Below, piece by piece: positions 57,683-64,000 of a stretch of 64,000 bases of DNA. This stretch comes from Cellvibrio sp. Lineage in GTDB: Bacteria; Pseudomonadota; Gammaproteobacteria; Pseudomonadales; Cellvibrionaceae. Where the stretch lies: assembly GCA_050305995.1 (NCBI GenBank), contig JBNLGJ010000066.1:3036-67035 (forward strand). Reading direction: 5' to 3'. Positions within the stretch are counted from its first letter, which is position 1; each line of letters opens with the position of its first letter. The notes beneath the pieces are model-generated. The model was not told the DNA's origin, searched no databases, and saw only the letters and a list, made by a program, of their open reading frames with translations. A program made the position numbers and the translations under genes.

Positions 57683-58274
57683 TTTCCCGCTTTATCTAGC
57701 TTCCCAGTCACCGCGGCGACGCGAATTGCTGGCGCAAATCGGCGTGCCCCATCGAGTGGTAAGAGTGGATGTGCCCGAATACCCCGAGGATGGCGAAGCC
57801 GCTATTGATTATGTCCAGCGTCTGGCGCGCACCAAGGCTGAGGCTGGTTTTGTGGAGTTGGGCGGTAAGGTGGCGGTGCTGGGTGCTGACACCCTGGGTG
57901 TGCTTGACGGCAAAATCCTGGAAAAGCCGAAAGATCTGGATGATGCCATTACCATGCTGGGGGCGATGTCCGCTCGTACTCATCAGGTTATCACGGCTGT
58001 AGCGATTCATACTCCCGGCTTGCAAAAGTGCCTGTATAGCGTCACTGAGGTGAGCTTCCGAGCTATTACAGAAACGGAAATTAGGGCCTATTGGCATACT
58101 GGAGAGCCCTGTGATAAGGCTGGCAGCTATGGAATTCAAGGCTTGGGCGCGGTATTTGTGCGCGAGCTTAAGGGCAGTTATTCCGGTGTGGTTGGGCTGC
58201 CCTTGGAAGTGACTTGCGAATTATTAGCTGCCGCCAATCTGCGCTGGTGGCAAACGCCGGAGACGGACTTGTGA
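57669..58274 (+). CDS. maf: Maf-family nucleotide pyrophosphatase (YhdE type)
   Basis: LASQSPRRRELL, VLGADT, EPCDKAGSYGIQG, GSYSGVVGLP. Confidence 0.93.
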   Translation: MCTTDFPLYLASQSPRRRELLAQIGVPHRVVRVDVPEYPEDGEAAIDYVQRLARTKAEAGFVELGGKVAVLGADTLGVLDGKILEKPKDLDDAITMLGAMSARTHQVITAVAIHTPGLQKCLYSVTEVSFRAITETEIRAYWHTGEPCDKAGSYGIQGLGAVFVRELKGSYSGVVGLPLEVTCELLAAANLRWWQTPETDL

Positions 58275-59740
58275 GCGAAGAGATTTTAATTAACGTCTCC
58301 CCGGTGGAGACTCGTGTGGCCCTGGTGGAAAACGGTGCGGTACAGGAGTTTTACCTGGAGCGCAGCCAGGGTATCACCTATGTCGGCAATATCTACCGCG
58401 GCCGGGTGGTGCGAGTACTGCCGGGTATGCAAGCGGCTTTTGTTGATATAGGCCTGGAGCGCACCGGCTTTATTCATGCTGTGGACATGATGCCCGAGTA
58501 TATCGAGGGCGAGCAGCGCCGTGGCGAGGCGCCGGATATACGCACCCTGGTACGCGAAGGTGAAACCCTGTTGGTGCAAGTGGCGAAAGACCCAATCGGC
58601 ACCAAGGGCGCGCGCCTCACTACCCATTTGACGCTGTCATCGCGCTATCTGGTGTATATGCCCAATAGCAATCACATTGGGGTATCCACGCGCATTGATG
58701 ATGAGCAGGAGCGGGAGCGACTGCGCCAGATTATTGAAAAGATCGTGGCCGACCAGCAGATTCCCGGCGGCTTTATTGTGCGCACAGTGGCTGAGGGGAC
58801 CGAGGAGGAAGCTATAGTGGCCGACGTTCCCTTCCTGCAAAAACTGTGGGCCGACCTGAGTGCCAAGTTACCAACATTAGGCGTGCCAGCGGAACTTCAC
58901 CGCGATATGCCGCTCTATTTGCGCGCGCTGCGCGATATGGCGCGTGCTCCTATAGATCGGGTGCGCGTGGATTCGCGCCTCACCTGGCAGCAGATGCAGG
59001 ATTTTGCGCGCAAGTATGCGCCGCAACTGGTGGAGCTGATCGAGCTATACAGCGGCGATCGCCCACTGCTGGATTTGTACGGTGTCGAAGAGGAAATTCG
59101 CCGCGCGCTCGAGCCGCGAGTGCCGCTTAAGTCCAATGGCTACCTGATTATCGAGCAGACAGAGGCAATGACCACGGTGGATGTGAATACCGGTGCCTTT
59201 GTCGGTCATCGCAACCTGGAAGAGACCATTTTTAAAACCAATCTTGAGGCGGCCACGGCTATAGCGCGGCAGCTGCGCCTGCGCAATCTGGGCGGGATTA
59301 TCATTCTCGATTTTATCGATATGAAAGACCCGGAGCACCAGCGCCAAGTGTTGCGCACGCTGGAGAAGGCACTGGAAAAAGATCACGCGAAAACGCGCAT
59401 TACCGGTGTCTCAGAGTTGGGCTTGGTGGAAATGGCGCGCAAGCGAACCCGCGAATCGCTAGGCCAGCTGCTCTGTGAGCCCTGCCCTGTGTGCCAGGGA
59501 CGCGGCCAGCTGAAATCTGCCGAGACAGTCTGCCATGAAATTTTTCGCGAAATTCTGCGTATGGCGCGCACCTACGATAACGACAAGTTTTTGGTGCTAG
59601 CCTCGCAGTTGGTGGTGGATCGGCTGCTTGACGAGGAGGCCAGCTACGTGGCGGATTTGGAGGCATTTATTCGGCGCACCATAGAGTTCAGGGTTGAGTC
59701 GCTTTTCCACCAGGAGCAATACGACATAGTGCTGGTGTGA
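58271..59740 (+). CDS. rng: Ribonuclease G
   Basis: SEEILINVSPVETRVA, GNIY.G.V.RVLPGMQAAFVDIG, DVNTGAFVG, RLRNLGGIIILDFIDM, CPVCQGRG; GTG start. Confidence 0.96.
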   Translation: MSEEILINVSPVETRVALVENGAVQEFYLERSQGITYVGNIYRGRVVRVLPGMQAAFVDIGLERTGFIHAVDMMPEYIEGEQRRGEAPDIRTLVREGETLLVQVAKDPIGTKGARLTTHLTLSSRYLVYMPNSNHIGVSTRIDDEQERERLRQIIEKIVADQQIPGGFIVRTVAEGTEEEAIVADVPFLQKLWADLSAKLPTLGVPAELHRDMPLYLRALRDMARAPIDRVRVDSRLTWQQMQDFARKYAPQLVELIELYSGDRPLLDLYGVEEEIRRALEPRVPLKSNGYLIIEQTEAMTTVDVNTGAFVGHRNLEETIFKTNLEAATAIARQLRLRNLGGIIILDFIDMKDPEHQRQVLRTLEKALEKDHAKTRITGVSELGLVEMARKRTRESLGQLLCEPCPVCQGRGQLKSAETVCHEIFREILRMARTYDNDKFLVLASQLVVDRLLDEEASYVADLEAFIRRTIEFRVESLFHQEQYDIVLV

Positions 59741-59785
59741 TGATCACATCACAGGCTTTTTAGAGAAGTTGGAATACTGAACTAC

Positions 59786-62700
59786 ATGGCTCGTACCCTA
59801 CGCAATTTGGTTAAATGGTTTTATCTGCTGCTGGCAGCACTGCTGATCGCCCTCGCGGTCGCGGTTCAGTCCGGGCGCAGCTTTTCCCATTTGCTGGGGG
59901 ACTACAATCAGGACATAGCTGACTATCTCTCGGAAAAACTCAATGCCCAGGTGGCCATTGGCCAGATAGATGCTAGCTGGGATGGCTTAAAACCTAGCCT
60001 GGATGTGCGTGATCTCAGTATTAGCAATCAGGCTGGGGTATCGATTATTGCTTTGGAACGGGCGCGCATCCGCCTGGATATACTCGAGTCGCTGCTCAAT
60101 CGCCGCTGGGTGTGGAGCAGCCTGGTGTTAAATGATGTCGGTCTGGATTTCGTGCAGAGCGAACAGGGCAAGTGGCGGGTTAGTGGTTTGCCGCAGACGC
60201 GCGCCCAGGCAACAGCGGCGGGTGATGCCGCCGTGCGTATTGGTGCCTTGGCGGATATGCTGCTACTTTCCAATCGCATTGAATTTCAATCCACTCGGTT
60301 GAACTTTACCTTTAATAACGGCCAGCAACTGGCCTTAAACGCGCCACAGCTGCTCTTCGAAAATACCCCCCAATTCCACCGTCTGACGCTGCAAGTAGAT
60401 ATTGCTCAGCAGGCGCGCAGTGTTTATCTGGTTCTGGAAGGTGAGGGCGACCCTCACGACAAAGAGAAATTTCGCTCCAAGGGCTATTTGCAGCTCAATC
60501 ACTTCCCCACCAGTGAACCTTTCGCTGCGGTTAGCTCCTTTTTACTGCAGGGTATAAATCCGGAGCAGTTCACCAGTAAAGGGCAGGTCAACGCCAATAT
60601 TTGGTTTGCCTCCAGTGCCGATGGCAAATCGGTGGATTTGTCCGGCGACTTAGGCCTGGAGCATTTGTATTTGCCCGTGGCCAGTCATCAATTGCGTCTG
60701 GATGGTTTTACGTCTCAGTTGACTGGCAGCTGGCATTACGACGGCAGCTGGATGCTCGGCTTGCAGCAAATGAGCGCGCAAATGGGCGAGCACAGCCTGG
60801 CCGATCTCAATCTTGCCATTAGTTCTCCAGTGAACAGTGTCGCTAGCGATACTGCCAGTGCGCCCTTGCCACCACTCAGTATTCGTATGGATAGCCTGGA
60901 TTTGGCGCGCTTGACCGCCCTGCTGGAGGATTCCGGTGCGCTCGGTCAAGGCAAACTGCAGGAGGTGCTAGCTACGCTCGCGCCGCGTGGCAAACTGAGC
61001 CATTTGCTTTTTAATCTGCCGCTGCAATCACCTAAAGATTGGCAATTAAAAGCCAATATTGAACAGCTTGCCGTTGATGCCTGGCACGGGGTTCCGCGCT
61101 TGCGCCAGGTTAGCGGCTATGTAGAAGCCAGTATGTATAAAGGTTTTGCCAATTTGGATGCGGGCCAGGGCTTTAGTATGCAATTTCAGCCAAGCTATGC
61201 CCAGCCAATAGCCTTTGATAGCGCTCGCGGCCAGGTCGCCTGGCACCTGGATCCAGAGCACAATCAGGTTTACATCAATAGCGGCGCCCTGGAGTTTGCT
61301 CAGGGTGCAGAGCGAGTAAAAGGCTATATGTGGGTCTCCATGCCCTGGAAACCTCACACAGGTGATGTGGAACTTAATCTACTCCTGGGCGGTACCCAGC
61401 TAGATGTCAGCCTCTACCAAAAATATTTGCCCGCGCTGGTGCCGGATTCGCTGCGCAATTGGCTAGATCAGAGTGTGGGTGCAGATAACCCTGGCATAGC
61501 GCGCCAAGCGGCTTTTGTGTATCGCGCGTCGCTGATTAACAAGGATCCGCACTCACGCAGTTTCGATCTTTATTTGGACCTGGCCCACAGCGAGCTTAAC
61601 TATGCCGAGGGTTGGCCAGGATTAAAGGAGATGCAGGGTAAATTGCTGGTTAGCAATACCGATGTGCGCGCCAGTGTCAGCAGCGCCAAGCTGCTGGATG
61701 CTCGGGTACAAACCTTGGAAGTAGGATTGCAGCCAAGGGAAAAAGGGCCTGGCTCTCTGCTCAGGATCAATGGCTCTCTGGTAGGACCAGCCGAAGACGG
61801 CCTGGATATTTTACGCAAAGGTGCGCTGCGCCCGCAGTTGGGTGAAGGCATGGACTCCTGGAAACTCAATGGCAGTATCCAGGCGCAAGTTGCCCTGGAT
61901 ATCCCCTTGGGCTCCGGTGAGGCAAGGCCAGCTGATGCGTGTCAGCAGGTGGACGTTGATCTCCTGGCCCCCGGATTTGCTATGCAAAACCTCAAGCTGG
62001 AGGGGCAAAATCTGGTTGGCCACATTAGCTACAACAATCGCACCGGCCTAAGCGCGGAGCATTTGGAGGCGAGCCTTTGGGGCGAGCCGGTGACTGCAGA
62101 TATCGCCACCCTAAGCGAAAAGGCGGGAAGCCAAACGCGCGTTAAGCTCCGGGGCAAGGTGGATGCTGCCGAGCTTGCCCGCTGGAGTCAGCGCCCGGAG
62201 TTGAAGTTCTTCAGCGGTAAAATTCCCTATGAAACCCAGGTCAGTCTTTTCCATGGCCGCAAGCTGCCAGACGATGGTTCGTTGAGCTTTGCTCAGGGTG
62301 CCTTTGCCCATATTGAGGTTAATTCGGATTTGCAAGGTGTTAGCCTTGACCTGCCCGCACCCTTTACTAAAGCGGCCGCTACCCAGCGGCCTTTCCACTT
62401 TGACTACTGGCTGCAGGAAAAACAGGCTGAGATCAAACTCAATTATGGCGATTTAGCTCAGGTACTACTGCGTCTCGACCGCACTCAGGCAAATGACCAA
62501 ACGCTTACCAATATTAATATTGCGCTGGGTGATCAGGCGCAACTAAGTGATAGCCCAGAATTCTTGGTTTCCGGTTACCTCGGCGATTTTGATCTGGATA
62601 CCTGGAATAAGGTGCTCAGCCGTTATCAGGCTTATCAGGCTGAGCTTGATCCAACTGGGGATAATACTGATTCTACCGCGCCAGAAGTTGACCCCAGTCT

Positions 62701-63949
62701 GCTGGCTGGGCTCAAGTTTCGCGCAAATCTGACCTTGGGCCGCTATGAACTGGGCAGTGTCCATTTTCAGAATTTGGCTGTCGCTGCCCGCCGAGCGGGT
62801 GATGGCTGGCACTTGACTGTTAACAATCCGCGCATTGCTGGCGAATTGCTAGTCCCTGAATCAAGCCATATGCCCTTGCAAGTCGACTTGGAGCATTTGT
62901 ATTTGATGCCGCAGGAGCTGGGTGACGGGGATCGGGAGTCGCCAGTGGATGCGGAGCCGCGGCCACTGATTAACCCGCGCGAGCTGCCGCTGGCTAATAT
63001 CGCTATCAAGGAGCTCTATGTCGACAAGGATAATTACGGCAGCTGGTCGCTGCAGTTGCACCCCAATCGCAACGGTGTGGTCATCGACAACATTCACGGC
63101 AGTATTCGCGGCCTCACTATCAGTGGCGCTAAAAGTTCCCTCGATGGCGCCACGTTGATTTGGCAAGACGATGAAAAAGGTGCCCAGAGCCGCTTTATCG
63201 GCGGAATTACCGCAGGAGATATTGCGCAAGTAATGCGCCTGTGGGGCAAGCCGGATACGCTGGAGAGCAAGTCCGCCCGCTTTGTTGCAGATGTTCACTG
63301 GCCGGGAACCCCTGAGGACTTCCAGTTAGTGGATATCAGCGGCGATATGAATCTTTGGTTTGAAAAGGGCCGCTTTAAGCGTGATGCTGGAGCCGGTGAA
63401 GGTATTTTGCGCCTGATGTCGGTACTCAACTTCGACTCTATTGCCAGACGTATGCGGCTGGATTTCTCCGACCTTTATCAGGGTGGCCTCGCCTATGATG
63501 AAATTAGCGGTGATGTGAGTTTTGATCGCGGTTTGATGAAGTTTGAATCCCCACTGGTGGTGCGCGGCCCTTCAAGTCGCCTGCAAATGGTGGGTAGCGT
63601 GGATCTGCGCCAGGAAAAGCTCAAAACACGTTTGGTCGCGACACTACCCGTGGCGGGTAACCTGACATTTTTTGCCGCACTGGCTACAGGTTTGCCCGCT
63701 GCCGCCGGTATCTATGTAGTTAGTAAGCTGTTTAAGAAACAGGTTGATCAGGTAACCAGTATCAGCTACACCATTTCGGGGGATTGGGACGATCCCCAAA
63801 TGGCCTTTGATCGATTGTTTGAAAGTGAAGATCAACTGCGCAGCAGCGGCCAGGGCACAGACGCTGGCGCGCGCAAAAAATCGCCGACCGAATTACCCAC
63901 CGACAATTCGCCTGCCATTCCTCCCTCCAATGCAACGACAACAGAATAA
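59786..63949 (+). CDS. yhdP: YhdP/AsmA-family (TIGR02099-type) envelope protein
   Basis: 1387 aa, N-terminal anchor, conserved position after rng; C-terminal NFDSIARR..LDFSDL...G.AYD and Y.ISG.WDDP. Confidence 0.92.
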   Translation: MARTLRNLVKWFYLLLAALLIALAVAVQSGRSFSHLLGDYNQDIADYLSEKLNAQVAIGQIDASWDGLKPSLDVRDLSISNQAGVSIIALERARIRLDILESLLNRRWVWSSLVLNDVGLDFVQSEQGKWRVSGLPQTRAQATAAGDAAVRIGALADMLLLSNRIEFQSTRLNFTFNNGQQLALNAPQLLFENTPQFHRLTLQVDIAQQARSVYLVLEGEGDPHDKEKFRSKGYLQLNHFPTSEPFAAVSSFLLQGINPEQFTSKGQVNANIWFASSADGKSVDLSGDLGLEHLYLPVASHQLRLDGFTSQLTGSWHYDGSWMLGLQQMSAQMGEHSLADLNLAISSPVNSVASDTASAPLPPLSIRMDSLDLARLTALLEDSGALGQGKLQEVLATLAPRGKLSHLLFNLPLQSPKDWQLKANIEQLAVDAWHGVPRLRQVSGYVEASMYKGFANLDAGQGFSMQFQPSYAQPIAFDSARGQVAWHLDPEHNQVYINSGALEFAQGAERVKGYMWVSMPWKPHTGDVELNLLLGGTQLDVSLYQKYLPALVPDSLRNWLDQSVGADNPGIARQAAFVYRASLINKDPHSRSFDLYLDLAHSELNYAEGWPGLKEMQGKLLVSNTDVRASVSSAKLLDARVQTLEVGLQPREKGPGSLLRINGSLVGPAEDGLDILRKGALRPQLGEGMDSWKLNGSIQAQVALDIPLGSGEARPADACQQVDVDLLAPGFAMQNLKLEGQNLVGHISYNNRTGLSAEHLEASLWGEPVTADIATLSEKAGSQTRVKLRGKVDAAELARWSQRPELKFFSGKIPYETQVSLFHGRKLPDDGSLSFAQGAFAHIEVNSDLQGVSLDLPAPFTKAAATQRPFHFDYWLQEKQAEIKLNYGDLAQVLLRLDRTQANDQTLTNINIALGDQAQLSDSPEFLVSGYLGDFDLDTWNKVLSRYQAYQAELDPTGDNTDSTAPEVDPSLLAGLKFRANLTLGRYELGSVHFQNLAVAARRAGDGWHLTVNNPRIAGELLVPESSHMPLQVDLEHLYLMPQELGDGDRESPVDAEPRPLINPRELPLANIAIKELYVDKDNYGSWSLQLHPNRNGVVIDNIHGSIRGLTISGAKSSLDGATLIWQDDEKGAQSRFIGGITAGDIAQVMRLWGKPDTLESKSARFVADVHWPGTPEDFQLVDISGDMNLWFEKGRFKRDAGAGEGILRLMSVLNFDSIARRMRLDFSDLYQGGLAYDEISGDVSFDRGLMKFESPLVVRGPSSRLQMVGSVDLRQEKLKTRLVATLPVAGNLTFFAALATGLPAAAGIYVVSKLFKKQVDQVTSISYTISGDWDDPQMAFDRLFESEDQLRSSGQGTDAGARKKSPTELPTDNSPAIPPSNATTTE

Positions 63950-64000
63950 ATCTCACTCCTAAGGCAGATAAAAATCAGGCGCTGCAGTAATGGATATATA

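Overview
Chromosomal window of a gammaproteobacterium. Gene content and protein style (poly-Ser linker lipoprotein CAZyme, gatCAB-mreBCD-maf-rng-yhdP synteny) suggest Cellvibrionales; this is inference. From left to right it holds: the tail of a GldG-like ABC operon; ppc; a carbohydrate-active patch (12-repeat Kelch/Asp-box lipoprotein, alginate-lyase-family/FN3/LamG lipoprotein, and a shredded GH35-like pseudogene hidden in the intergenic DNA); a glyoxalase, degenerate deacetylase and unknown secreted protein; sulP with a structured leader; a sigma54-type nitrate-family ABC operon; lpxO; a decayed AT-rich island (ruvA 3' fragment, IS remnant, integron-like cassettes including an Imm45-type immunity gene, no integrase seen); a two-component system with a transporter-like sensor, divergent from urtABCDE-fmdA-fmdB; a TetR with a double operator; and housekeeping genes (rhlB, cysZ, rhombosortase, gatCAB, mreBCD, maf, rng, yhdP). 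A 109-bp palindromic repeat occurs twice. I recognised no rRNA, tRNA or CRISPR array. All family calls come from motif recognition by eye, not from database searches.
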